Below, in pieces: positions 55,595 through 64,000 of a DNA stretch of 64,000 nucleotides. The stretch comes from Saccharofermentanales bacterium (lineage in GTDB: Bacteria; Bacillota; Clostridia; Saccharofermentanales; DTU023): assembly GCA_050945495.1 (NCBI GenBank), contig JBMNTA010000001.1, positions 61,075 to 125,074 of the forward strand, given 5' to 3'. The translations under genes were made by a program, and so were the position numbers. The notes beneath the pieces are model-generated. The model searched no databases and had not been told where the DNA came from. It worked only from the letters and a program-made list of their open reading frames with translations. Within the stretch, counting starts at the first letter, position 1. The number at the start of each line of letters is the position of its first letter.

Positions 55595-56524
55595 GTGCGA
55601 CCCGTCATTTCCGTCATCGTCCCCGCGTACAACGCCGAACCATGGATCGGACGATGCTTGGATTCCATTTTGGAACAGACCTACCCCGATTTCGAGATCA
55701 TTGCGATCAACGACGGTTCCGTCGATGCGACGCCGACCATCTTGGACGATTACGCACGGCGCGATCCGCGCGTCCGCGCGATCCATCAGACCAACCGCGG
55801 CGTCGGACCGACGCGCAATCGCGGCATCGAAGAGGCCGAGGGCGAGTGGATCGCGTTCATCGATGCGGACGACACCATTCCGCCGGACTTTTTGGCCAAG
55901 CTGATCGCTCGAACGGACGATCCCGACATCGACATCGTTATCGCGCATTTAAATTTCATCGCGCCCGAAGGTCGCGTCATCCGCTACCCGTTCGCTCCGC
56001 TGCGCCGAACCATGACGTCGCGGCAAGCGGTGCGAGAAGCGTTTCGGTTCCTTCCCATTCCGCTGTTGGTGACGAACAAACTCTATCGCCGTTCCATCTT
56101 TGTGAACCACGACTTGAAATTCTTCGATATCTGGTATGAAGACGGCGTGCTGCTCATTATGTTCCTCTTGAACGCACGGGCCGTCGCCTATGAGCGCAAA
56201 ACAAGTTACGGGTACCACCGCCACGAGACGAGTCTCACGTCGAACTTTACGGAACGACATCTCTCGTTTTACATGCAGGCGGTCAATCTGATCCGCCATT
56301 ACTTGGCCGACAACGATCTCTGGGATCTGTGGCGCTGGAATTTCCGAGATTATTTGAATCGCATCATGATCTTCATCACGATCTTGCTGATCCGCTTCGG
56401 GGCGCCGATGTCCTTCAAAGAGCGGTGGCGACTGTTCAAAAAAGCCCTCACGACGCTGCACCGCTTGAAAAAATGTCCCGATGAGGAAGAAAGCCCCTAC
56501 GTGCTGACGAGTTTGGCTCGATAG
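55595..56524 (+). CDS. Family 2 glycosyltransferase
   Basis: ISVIVPAYNAEPWIGRCLDSILEQTY...IAINDGSVD...FIDADD. Start ambiguous: GTG 55595 is favoured, and the tracked TTG 55586 is only 2 nt from AAAGGAG. Confidence 0.85.
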   Translation: MRPVISVIVPAYNAEPWIGRCLDSILEQTYPDFEIIAINDGSVDATPTILDDYARRDPRVRAIHQTNRGVGPTRNRGIEEAEGEWIAFIDADDTIPPDFLAKLIARTDDPDIDIVIAHLNFIAPEGRVIRYPFAPLRRTMTSRQAVREAFRFLPIPLLVTNKLYRRSIFVNHDLKFFDIWYEDGVLLIMFLLNARAVAYERKTSYGYHRHETSLTSNFTERHLSFYMQAVNLIRHYLADNDLWDLWRWNFRDYLNRIMIFITILLIRFGAPMSFKERWRLFKKALTTLHRLKKCPDEEESPYVLTSLAR

Positions 56525-56553
56525 TCGCGGACATCGATTTTATGCATGCAATC

Positions 56554-56582
56554 AAAAGGGGTGCCGATCGGCACCCCTTTTT
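56554..56582. terminator. Perfect-palindrome bidirectional terminator
   Basis: AAAAGGGGTGCCGATCGGCACCCCTTTT, between convergent genes. Confidence 0.85.
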
Positions 56583-56618
56583 CGGTGATCTGCGTTTGAA
56601 CGTGCGGTCCGGCCGCGA

Positions 56619-57569
56619 TCACATGGTCTGCTGCGCCACGCCTTGGACGGTCGAGAGCACCCAGTCGAATTCGGGCGCGGTGACCAGCGAGTGGCAGTAG
56701 CTGCATCGTGCGGACTGCGCCAAATCGATCGGCGCCCCGCAGTGCGGACAATTGCGGCTGACTTCCGTTTTGCCGGATTGATCCGGGGGCGGCGTCTGCA
56801 CGCCACGCGAACGGATCATGTTCCAGTCGTACGTCATGAACTTCTCGCGGTTCGGATCGCCGGAGACGACCTTGCCCGTGGCGCGTTCGACGGTGTAGTC
56901 GGTGATGCGCGTCGAGAGACGGATCGTCAGGATATCGTGCTGGTCGTCTTGGTAGAAGTGACTCAAGGCGACGTTCATCACGGCGATGTTGTCGATGCGA
57001 TTGATGAGGCCGCGATTGATCAACTCTTGCAACTGACGTCCCATCTGGTTGTACAGATCGTTCGTCATGCGCGCACGCATCGGCGCCCAATCTTGCGACT
57101 CCCACGCCTCTTGCATCTCGACGTAGAGGTTGGCCACTTTCTCGCGCATGAGCGCTTCCGTGAAGAACGGGTCGATGGCGCGGACTTGGTTGGCCACGGC
57201 CGCCGACTGCTCGGCCGAGATCATGCGAACGGTGGTCGGCATCGTCCTGCTCTGCTTCGCCTTCTTGCCCTGTCGTTTGGACATGACGATGATGATCACG
57301 ATGATGATCAGCGAAATGATGGCCCCGGGCAGGCTCATTTCGCCGCTGCCGCCTCCGCCGCCCGAGTCGGACCAATCGGAATCGCCGCCGCTCCAACCGC
57401 CGCCGCTGTCGCCGCCGGGATCGTAACTGAAATCGTTATCGCCGGAAAATCCGCCGGCGTCGATGATGATGGGCTCGATTTGAACACTGGCCGACACGGC
57501 CGCACTGATGCCCAAAACGACGGAAAGTGCCACCAAGAGCACGAGTACAACTTTCACAGAGCGTTTCAT
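56619..57569 (-). CDS. Tim44-like domain membrane protein with C-terminal zinc ribbon
   Basis: 316 aa from ATG 57569 (MKRSVKVVLVLLVALS...). Gly/Ser/Asp-rich segment, a second TM (IISLIIIVIIIVM), a Tim44-like region and CPHCGAPI...CSYCHS. GGGGAGG RBS. Confidence 0.7.
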   Translation of the reverse strand: MKRSVKVVLVLLVALSVVLGISAAVSASVQIEPIIIDAGGFSGDNDFSYDPGGDSGGGWSGGDSDWSDSGGGGGSGEMSLPGAIISLIIIVIIIVMSKRQGKKAKQSRTMPTTVRMISAEQSAAVANQVRAIDPFFTEALMREKVANLYVEMQEAWESQDWAPMRARMTNDLYNQMGRQLQELINRGLINRIDNIAVMNVALSHFYQDDQHDILTIRLSTRITDYTVERATGKVVSGDPNREKFMTYDWNMIRSRGVQTPPPDQSGKTEVSRNCPHCGAPIDLAQSARCSYCHSLVTAPEFDWVLSTVQGVAQQTM

Positions 57570-57657
57570 CGGCATTGCCTCCCCGATTGATTGCGTTTAT
57601 TTTACCGTAAAAAGTGCCTGGTTTCGAGCGTCTTGCCGCCGTTTTTTGACGCGGGCA

Positions 57658-58548
57658 TCAGTCGCCGGACGTATCCTTGCGATACAGACGAATCAACGCC
57701 TGCGTGCCTAAATTTTCTTGGCCTTGTTCAGCCATCGTTTCATAGAGGGATCGCACCGTCTCAAGCATCGGCAACCGCGTGTCGCGATCGGCCATTTCGT
57801 TCGAGATGATGCGCATGTCTTTGATGAAATGTTTGATGAAAAATCCGGGGAGATGGTCGCCATTCAACACGCGCGGCGCCATGTTTGCGATTTGCCAGCT
57901 GCCGGCCGCGCCGGCGCCGATGGCGTCCAGCATCGTCTCGGGATCGAGCCCCACCTGTTCGGCGTAGCGAATCGCCTCCGTCATCGCGGCGGTCGCGCCG
58001 GCGACGGCGATTTGGTTGGCCGCTTTCGTGTGCTGGCCGAATCCCGCCGGCCCCATGTACACGATGTTCTGCCCCAAGAGCGACAGGATCGGCGTCGAAT
58101 AATCGAAGGCTTGGCGGTCGCCCCCCACCATGATGGAGAGCGTACCGTTTTTGGCACCCACATCGCCGCCCGACACGGGAGCGTCGAGGACGTCCAGATC
58201 GCGCGCCTTGCCCTGTTCGTAGAGCTCTTCCGCGAGCGTGGGCGACGACGTCGTCATGTCGATGACCACGGCACCGCGAGGGGCGTGCTCAAACACACCG
58301 CCGGGGCCCATCATGACCTCACGGACGTCGTCGGGATAGCCGACGATCGTGATGACAAAATCGGCGCCTTGCACGGCGTCCGCGATGGTGTCGCAACACG
58401 TGGCGCCCGTGGCACAGGCCGTTGCCTCCGCCTTCTCGCGCGTGCGGTTGTAGACGGAGACGTGATGTCCGGCCAAGCAAAGGCGCTCGACCATCGCCCG
58501 ACCCATCACGCCGGTGCCGATGAATCCTATATGAACCGGGGTCGCCAT
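57658..58548 (-). CDS. NAD(P)-dependent beta-hydroxyacid dehydrogenase (3-hydroxyisobutyrate/tartronate semialdehyde reductase family)
   Basis: 296 aa from ATG 58548 (MATPVHIGFIGTGVMGRAM...), 1 nt after the pdxS stop. DAPVSGG and GFGQHTKAANQ blocks. Confidence 0.82.
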   Translation of the reverse strand: MATPVHIGFIGTGVMGRAMVERLCLAGHHVSVYNRTREKAEATACATGATCCDTIADAVQGADFVITIVGYPDDVREVMMGPGGVFEHAPRGAVVIDMTTSSPTLAEELYEQGKARDLDVLDAPVSGGDVGAKNGTLSIMVGGDRQAFDYSTPILSLLGQNIVYMGPAGFGQHTKAANQIAVAGATAAMTEAIRYAEQVGLDPETMLDAIGAGAAGSWQIANMAPRVLNGDHLPGFFIKHFIKDMRIISNEMADRDTRLPMLETVRSLYETMAEQGQENLGTQALIRLYRKDTSGD

Positions 58549-58549
58549 G

Positions 58550-59413
58550 TCAGATGCCCCTCGACGACATGATGACTTCAATCTCTTCCGGATTGATGCC
58601 GACCATGGCTTCTCCGAGGTTCTCGGAGACGGCCGCCAGCCGTTCGGGGTCATCGTAATGTCGGACGGCTTCCACGATCGCCTTGGCGCGTTTTTTCGGG
58701 TCGCCGGACTTAAAGATGCCGGATCCCACGAAGACGCCTTCGGCGCCGAGTTGACGCATCAGGGCCGCATCGGCCGGCGTGGCGACGCCGCCCGCCGAGA
58801 AATTCGGAACGGGCAATTTGCCGTGTTCGTGCACATAGCGCAACAGATCGACCGGCACGTGGAGATCACGCGCGCGGACGTACAGTTCGTCCTCGCGAAG
58901 CGCCGTGACCTCGGCCATCTGGCCGTTGATTTTTCTCAAATGGGTGACCGCCTGAACGACGTCGCCCGTCCCGGGCTCGCCCTTCGTGCGAATCATGAGC
59001 GCACCTTCCGCGATGCGACGCAGCGCCTCGTCGAGGCCGCGCGCGCCACACACAAAGGGCACGTCGAATTTCGTTTTATCGATGTGGAAAACGTTGTCGG
59101 CCGGGCTCAACACCTCGCTCTCGTCGATGCAATCGACACCGATCGCCTGCAAAATCTGAGCTTCCACGAAATGCCCGATGCGGGCTTTCGCCATGACGGG
59201 AATCTTCACCGCGGCCATGATCTCCTTGATCATGCCGGGATCGCTCATGCGCGAGACGCCGCCGGCCGCGCGAATGTCGGCGGGCACGCGTTCCAGCGCC
59301 ATGACGGCCACGGCTCCGGCTTCTTCGGCAATCTTCGCCTGCTCGACGTTGACGACGTCCATGATGACGCCCCCCACCAACTTTTCCGCTAATGCGCGAT
59401 CAAATTTTTTCAT
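58550..59413 (-). CDS. pdxS: Pyridoxal 5'-phosphate synthase lyase subunit PdxS
   Basis: 287 aa. [35 protein letters not shown]...[14 protein letters not shown]...DESEVL...RTKGEPGTG. Confidence 0.95.
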   Translation of the reverse strand: MKKFDRALAEKLVGGVIMDVVNVEQAKIAEEAGAVAVMALERVPADIRAAGGVSRMSDPGMIKEIMAAVKIPVMAKARIGHFVEAQILQAIGVDCIDESEVLSPADNVFHIDKTKFDVPFVCGARGLDEALRRIAEGALMIRTKGEPGTGDVVQAVTHLRKINGQMAEVTALREDELYVRARDLHVPVDLLRYVHEHGKLPVPNFSAGGVATPADAALMRQLGAEGVFVGSGIFKSGDPKKRAKAIVEAVRHYDDPERLAAVSENLGEAMVGINPEEIEVIMSSRGI

Positions 59414-59462
59414 CGCTGTCAGTCCTCCATCTTGTTCGTTTGATATGTCGATGACGTCCCGT

Positions 59463-59491
59463 AGAAAAAGACCTCGTATCCACGCGAAGTC
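59463..59491 (-). terminator. Intrinsic terminator inside the pdxS 5' leader (attenuator candidate)
   Basis: Minus strand GACUUCG-CGUGGAUA-CGAGGUC followed by UUUUUCU. It lies between the predicted promoter and the pdxS RBS. Confidence 0.65.
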
Positions 59492-59523
59492 CTCCCGACG
59501 ATAACGCCTTCCTGTTCATTCAA

Positions 59524-59552
59524 AGTATAGGTCGGAGCCCATGATAAAGCAA
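59524..59552 (-). promoter_or_regulatory. Sigma-A-type promoter for pdxS (TTGCTT-17-TATACT)
   Basis: Minus strand TTGCTTtatcatgggctccgaccTATACT. Confidence 0.6.
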
Positions 59553-59595
59553 GAACGGGCGTGCCTGCGCGCGCGACTTGACAGCGTGCCATTTA

Positions 59596-59630
59596 ATCGA
59601 TACCCTGATATCGATAAAGGAGTATCGATA
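59596..59630 (+). repeat. Three ATCGATA motifs phased at 14 bp, spanning the rex promoter/5'UTR/start codon
   Basis: ATCGATA at 59596-59602, 59610-59616 and 59624-59630. The last copy overlaps the rex ATG at 59630. TTGACA lies at 59578-59583. Confidence 0.8.
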
Positions 59631-60283
59631 TGCCGCCAAGAACATTTTCATTGCAGACGCTCGAGCGTCTTCCCTACTATCTTGACTTTTTAAAATCGAT
59701 TGACTGCGATGATGTTTCCGCCGCGGCGATTGCCGAAAATTTCGACTTAAGCGACGTCCAAGTCCGAAAAGACATCGCCGCCGTCAGCAGCGAAGCGGGG
59801 CGTCCGCGCGTCGGATTCAATCGGCGGGCGCTGATTCGCGACATCGAAGAGGTGCTCGGATACCGTCACATCAACGAAGCCGTCATTGTCGGCGTCGGAC
59901 ATCTCGGCACGGCGCTGATCAATTACAAAGGATTCGCCCAATACGGCATGAAAATCGTGGCGGGCTTCGACGTCAAAGTCGACCATGAGACTTGGATCGG
60001 CGATACCCCCGTCTTTGCGGCCGACCGCATGATCCCGCTGATTCGGCGCCTGAACGTGCAAATGGGCATCATCGCGGTGAACGCCGACGCGGCCCAATCG
60101 GTCTGCGATCGCCTGATCGACGCCGGCATCGAGTGCATCTGGAACTTCGCGCCGGTTATGCTGGACACGCCCGAACACATCATCGTTCAAAACGAGAACA
60201 TGGCGAGTTCCCTCGCCGTGTTGAGTCATCACTTAAGAAATAAGCGAGGCAACGGTTCGTCCGCGCCGCGCTCACATACTTAA
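59630..60283 (+). CDS. rex: Redox-sensing transcriptional repressor Rex
   Basis: 217 aa. LERLPYYLDFLK...SAAAIAENFDLSDVQVRKDI...VIVGVGHLGTALINY...IWNFAP. Confidence 0.92.
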   Translation: MPPRTFSLQTLERLPYYLDFLKSIDCDDVSAAAIAENFDLSDVQVRKDIAAVSSEAGRPRVGFNRRALIRDIEEVLGYRHINEAVIVGVGHLGTALINYKGFAQYGMKIVAGFDVKVDHETWIGDTPVFAADRMIPLIRRLNVQMGIIAVNADAAQSVCDRLIDAGIECIWNFAPVMLDTPEHIIVQNENMASSLAVLSHHLRNKRGNGSSAPRSHT

Positions 60284-60319
60284 ACGTTTTACGTTCAAAA
60301 AGGAGAGGAGATCCACCAC

Positions 60320-60817
60320 ATGGCCCACGCATCCAATCAGAAGTTCGCCGAAGTCTGTGACATTCTCGATCGTCACGACCATCAGGCGAGTCAACTGATC
60401 CCGATTCTGCAAGAAATTCAGGCGGCCTACGGCTACCTGCCCGAAGACATCATGACGTACATTTCGACGGCATTGAACATTTCGCCGTCGCAGGTGTACG
60501 GCGTCGCGACCTTCTTCACACACTTCACGCTGACCCCGAAGGGACGCCACGTCATCAAGGTATGTGACGGCACGGCGTGCCACGTCAACAAGTCTCAGGC
60601 GATTCTCGACACCATCGTCGAACATCTCCGATTGAGCGATAAAAAGACGACCACCGATGACGGCATGTTTACGCTGGAAACGGTCGCGTGCCTCGGCGCA
60701 TGCGGCTTGGCACCCGTCATCGTCATCGATGAGAAAGCCCACGGACAGATGACGCCCGAATCGACCATCGCATTGCTCGATTCCATGCGCGAAGCGGAGG
60801 AGACAGACAGTGAATAG
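60320..60817 (+). CDS. hydC: [FeFe] hydrogenase NuoE-like [2Fe-2S] subunit (gamma)
   Basis: 165 aa. LIPILQEIQAAYGYLP...VCDGTACHV...VACLGACGLAPV. AAAGGAGAGGAG RBS. Confidence 0.88.
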   Translation: MAHASNQKFAEVCDILDRHDHQASQLIPILQEIQAAYGYLPEDIMTYISTALNISPSQVYGVATFFTHFTLTPKGRHVIKVCDGTACHVNKSQAILDTIVEHLRLSDKKTTTDDGMFTLETVACLGACGLAPVIVIDEKAHGQMTPESTIALLDSMREAEETDSE

Positions 60818-62690
60818 ACAAGCCATCCAAACGGTTGCCGAACGTTACGAATCGGCCACGAAAGATTACAAACGCAGCGTCGTCGTCTGCGCCGGAACCG
60901 GCTGCCTTGCCAACGGATCTCAAGGCGTGTACGACGCCTTCTTGGACTACGGCAACACCCACGGATTTACCATGTCCGTCGCGCTCCGCAAAGAGGAAGC
61001 CGACGGGTTGTTGAAGCACAGCGGCTGCCAAGGCTTTTGCCAAAAAGGCCCCTTGGTGGAAATTTATCCCGAGGGCTGGTGCTACGCCCACGTCCACCCC
61101 GAGGATGTCCCCGAGATCATCGAAAAAACGCTGATCGGCGGCGAAGTCATCGATCGTCTGACCGTCAAGGACGAGGACGATCAGCCCATCGCCCGCCAAA
61201 AGGACATTCCGTTTTACGCCCGACAACAGCGCACGACCCTCGCCCTCTGCGGTGTGGTTGACGCGGAAGACATTGACGAGTACATCGCACGCGGCGGCTA
61301 CGAGATGGCCGCCAAAGCGGTGACCACCATGACAGATAAAGAGGTCTGTGACACCATCCTCACGTCCGGCTTGCGAGGTCGCGGCGGCGGCGGATTTCCG
61401 ACCGGCCGCAAATGGGATCTCGCTCGCCGGAACGAGGGTCACCCAAAATACATGATCTGTAACGGCGACGAGGGCGACCCCGGCGCATTTATGGATCGCT
61501 GCCTGATGGAAGGCAACCCGCACAGCGTCATCGAAGGCATGATCATCGCCGCCCACGCATTCGGAGCGAGCGAAGGTTACATCTACGTGCGCGCCGAATA
61601 TCCCTTGGCCGTCAAACGCTTGAAGTTTGCGGTCGAAAAAGCCACCGAATACGGCTTCCTGGGCGACCACATCTTCGACACCGACAAGTCATTCATCATC
61701 CACGTGTTTGAAGGCGCCGGGGCCTTTGTGTGCGGCGAAGAGACGGCTCTGATCGCCTCGATCGAGGGCAAACGCGGCATGCCGATGCCGAAGCCCCCCT
61801 TCCCCGCGCAATCGGGTCTGTTCAACTGCCCGACGATCATCAACAACGTCGAGACGCTCTCGTCCGTGCCGATCGTGCTGCGCAAAGGCGCGGAAACGTA
61901 CGCGAACGTCGGCACCGAGACGTCGCCCGGCACGAAGACGTTCGCCCTGACGGGCCACGTCGCCAACACGGGCCTCATCGAGGTACCGTTCGGCACGACG
62001 TTGCGCGAGATCATCGGCGACATCGGCGGCGGCGTCATGTGCAACGGCGAAAACGTCGGACTCGACTTCAAAGCCGTCCAAATCGGCGGTCCGTCCGGCG
62101 GCTGCCTCACCCAAGAGCACCTCGACTTGCCCTTGGACTACGAAAACCTGCGCTCGGTCGGCGCCATGGTCGGTTCCGGCGGCCTCGTCGTGATGAACCA
62201 AGACACCTGCATGGTGCAGATCGCGCGTTTCTTCATGCAATTCACGCAGAACGAATCGTGCGGCAAATGCACGGTCTGCCGCGAAGGCACAAAACAGATG
62301 CTGAACCTCCTCGACGACATCATCGAGGGGCGCGCCACAATGGAAACGCTCGAACTTTTGGAGGACTTGGCGGAAACCGTCTCGATCGGATCGCTCTGCG
62401 GTCTCGGCAAGACGGCTCCGAACCCCGTGCTCTCGACCTTGCGTTACTTCCGCGATGAATACTTGGCGCACATCGAACAAAAGATTTGTCCGACCGGCAA
62501 CTGCAAGGCGCTCGCCCGCTACAGCATCAACCCGGACGTGTGCAAACGCTGCGGCCTCTGCGCCCGCAAATGCCCCGTGCATGCCATTGAGGGCTCGCGC
62601 GAAAAACCGTACGTCATCGACCGCGACACGTGCATCCGCTGCGGCGCGTGCTTCAAAGCCTGCCGCTTCGGCGCCGTCGAATTGAAATAA
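60810..62690 (+). CDS. hydB: [FeFe] hydrogenase NuoF-like flavoprotein subunit (beta)
   Basis: 626 aa with GTG start after GGAGGAG. GLRGRGGGGFPTGRKW, CNGDEGDPGAF, ESCGKCTVCREG, plus C-terminal 2x[4Fe-4S] CKRCGLCARKCP / CIRCGACFKAC. Confidence 0.9.
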   Translation: MNRQAIQTVAERYESATKDYKRSVVVCAGTGCLANGSQGVYDAFLDYGNTHGFTMSVALRKEEADGLLKHSGCQGFCQKGPLVEIYPEGWCYAHVHPEDVPEIIEKTLIGGEVIDRLTVKDEDDQPIARQKDIPFYARQQRTTLALCGVVDAEDIDEYIARGGYEMAAKAVTTMTDKEVCDTILTSGLRGRGGGGFPTGRKWDLARRNEGHPKYMICNGDEGDPGAFMDRCLMEGNPHSVIEGMIIAAHAFGASEGYIYVRAEYPLAVKRLKFAVEKATEYGFLGDHIFDTDKSFIIHVFEGAGAFVCGEETALIASIEGKRGMPMPKPPFPAQSGLFNCPTIINNVETLSSVPIVLRKGAETYANVGTETSPGTKTFALTGHVANTGLIEVPFGTTLREIIGDIGGGVMCNGENVGLDFKAVQIGGPSGGCLTQEHLDLPLDYENLRSVGAMVGSGGLVVMNQDTCMVQIARFFMQFTQNESCGKCTVCREGTKQMLNLLDDIIEGRATMETLELLEDLAETVSIGSLCGLGKTAPNPVLSTLRYFRDEYLAHIEQKICPTGNCKALARYSINPDVCKRCGLCARKCPVHAIEGSREKPYVIDRDTCIRCGACFKACRFGAVELK

Positions 62691-62703
62691 GAGGGGAACC
62701 GAC

Positions 62704-64000
62704 ATGAAAAATTTTACCGTGAACATTGATCAACGCGACATCCCTTACGAGGGCGAACGCAACTTGTTGGAAGTGATCCGCAAAGCGAACATCGAACTGC
62801 CGACCTTCTGCTATTACAGCGACATCAGCGTCTACGGCGCCTGCCGCCTGTGCATGGTCGAAGTCGAAGGTCGCGGCACCGTCCCCGCCTGCTCCACGCC
62901 CGTCGTGGAGGGCATGGTCGTCCGCACCAACACGCAACGGCTTCGCAAAATGCGTAAGATCATCCTCGAATTGATGCTCGCAAGCCACAACCAATCGTGC
63001 ACGACGTGCGCGACGAGCAACGACTGCAAACTGCAGATGCTCGCAAAACAATTGGGCGTGCGCGACGTCCGTTTCAAACAAAAGACCGACTTCCACCCCG
63101 TCGACTACTCGAGCGATGCCATCGTCCGCGACCCGTCGAAGTGCATCCTGTGCGGTGACTGCGTCCGCGTCTGCGACGAGATCCAATCGGTGGGCGTCCT
63201 CGACTTTGCCGACCGCGGCGCCGACGCCCGCGTCGTCGCCTGCTACGACAAAGGCATGGGCGAGATCGAGTGCGTCAACTGCGGCCAGTGCGTCAAAGCC
63301 TGCCCCGTCGGTGCGCTGACGATCAAGTCGGAAGTCGATCAAGTCTTCGAGGCGATCGAAGACGAGTCCAAACGCGTCGTCGTGCAAATCGCACCCGCGA
63401 CCCGCGTCGCCATCGGCGAGCAATTCGGCCTCGACGCCGGCGTCACCTCGACCGGCCAAATGGTCACCGCCATGCGCATGATCGGCTTTGACAAAGTGTT
63501 CGACACGGCGTTCGGCGCCGACGTGACCGTCATTGAAGAAGGCAACGAATTCCTGGAGCGCTACACCCAAAACAAGGATCTGCCGCAATTCACATCGTGC
63601 TGCCCCGCCTGGATCAAATTCGCGGAGCAGTATTACCCCGACGTGCTCTCGCACCTGTCATCCTGCCGCTCGCCGCAACAGATGTTCGGCTCCCTGGTCA
63701 AAAATCAACTGGCCAAAGAGTGGGACATGGATCGCGAAGACATCGTCGTTGTCTCGATCATGCCGTGCACGGCCAAGAAGTTTGAAGCGCGCCGACCCGA
63801 ATTTGCGGTCGACGGCAACCGCGACGTCGACTATGTGTTGACGACGCGCGAATTGACCCTCATGATCCAAGAGGTCGGCATCGACTTCGCGTCGCTGCCG
63901 CCCGGATCGTTCGACATGCCGTTCGGTTTCAACACCGGCGCGGGCGTCATCTTCGGCGCCTCCGGCGGCGTCTCCGAAGCCGTGCTCCGCTACGCCGCGT
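62704..64000 (+). CDS. hydA: [FeFe] hydrogenase catalytic subunit HydA, N-terminal 432 aa; runs off the right edge
   Basis: Absent from the ORF track because there is no stop in the window. My translation is MKNFTVNIDQRDIPYEGERNLLEVIRKANIELPTFCYY...CRLCMVEV...CILCGDCVRVC...CVNCGQCVKACP...FTSCCPAW...MPCTAKKFE (H-cluster motifs L1 and L2). Confidence 0.9.
   Translation, partial: MKNFTVNIDQRDIPYEGERNLLEVIRKANIELPTFCYYSDISVYGACRLCMVEVEGRGTVPACSTPVVEGMVVRTNTQRLRKMRKIILELMLASHNQSCTTCATSNDCKLQMLAKQLGVRDVRFKQKTDFHPVDYSSDAIVRDPSKCILCGDCVRVCDEIQSVGVLDFADRGADARVVACYDKGMGEIECVNCGQCVKACPVGALTIKSEVDQVFEAIEDESKRVVVQIAPATRVAIGEQFGLDAGVTSTGQMVTAMRMIGFDKVFDTAFGADVTVIEEGNEFLERYTQNKDLPQFTSCCPAWIKFAEQYYPDVLSHLSSCRSPQQMFGSLVKNQLAKEWDMDREDIVVVSIMPCTAKKFEARRPEFAVDGNRDVDYVLTTRELTLMIQEVGIDFASLPPGSFDMPFGFNTGAGVIFGASGGVSEAVLRYAA

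Noticed and set aside
61689-63654. Minus-strand ORFs of 345 aa and 333 aa
   Set aside because: Antisense to hydB and hydA, whose Fe-S and H-cluster motifs are unambiguous.

Overview
This window reads as ordinary chromosomal core from a high-GC (about 60%) strictly anaerobic Firmicute, probably a Clostridia-class organism. The lineage call rests on a SCIFF peptide with its maturase, a trimeric [FeFe] hydrogenase next to Rex, rubrerythrin, 2-oxoacid:ferredoxin oxidoreductase and ptb-buk. Nearly all of it is coding, and I saw no rRNA, tRNA, CRISPR array, transposase, integrase or phage genes.

Gene content from left to right:
- Lysine-fermentation operon on the minus strand (kal-kce-kdd-kamA-Ploop-mutSlike-kamD), behind a lysine riboswitch.
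- yjbQ, an SDR-type threonine dehydrogenase, and a DUF1847-maf-hypothetical operon.
- Class 3 FBPase.
- NitT/TauT-type ABC importer with a fused permease-ATPase.
- Envelope locus: polysaccharide deacetylase, two convergent paralogous ATP-grasp genes, a cyclophilin, a lipoprotein, a PAP2 protein and a polytopic membrane protein.
- Glycerol operon (glpA-like, oxidoreductase, DUF1667, glpK).
- Adenine deaminase and a second amidohydrolase.
- hsp20 preceded by a CIRCE element, a MATE pump, and DUF3793-flavodoxin.
- pckG with an aminotransferase, a padR module, and a DUF364 protein.
- Branched-chain amino-acid fermentation operon (ptb-buk-Ploop-fdx-OFOR alpha/beta/gamma-ilvE).
- hxlR module.
- tldD-pmbA followed by the SCIFF cassette (scfA-scfB-thioredoxin-like).
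- Oxidative-stress cluster (NAD/FAD oxidoreductase, rhomboid, DUF4332, rubrerythrin, PNPOx-like).
- GT2 glycosyltransferase, a Tim44-like protein, and pdxS with a dehydrogenase.
- rex-hydCBA, with hydA running off the right edge.

Many tracked ORF starts are over-extended. I re-set them using RBS position and neighbouring stop codons.

I did not find a clear-cut, wholly novel multi-gene system. The most interesting leads are:
1. The SCIFF cassette with flanking TldD/PmbA and a coupled thioredoxin-fold gene.
2. A lysine riboswitch placed in front of a lysine catabolic operon.
3. Uncharacterised P-loop and MutS-like genes embedded in the lysine operon and in the OFOR operon.
4. A mirrored ATP-grasp paralog pair.
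5. Unassigned terminator-containing or long leaders upstream of pdxS and the ABC binding-protein gene.

All function calls come from by-eye motif and family recognition; no searches were run.
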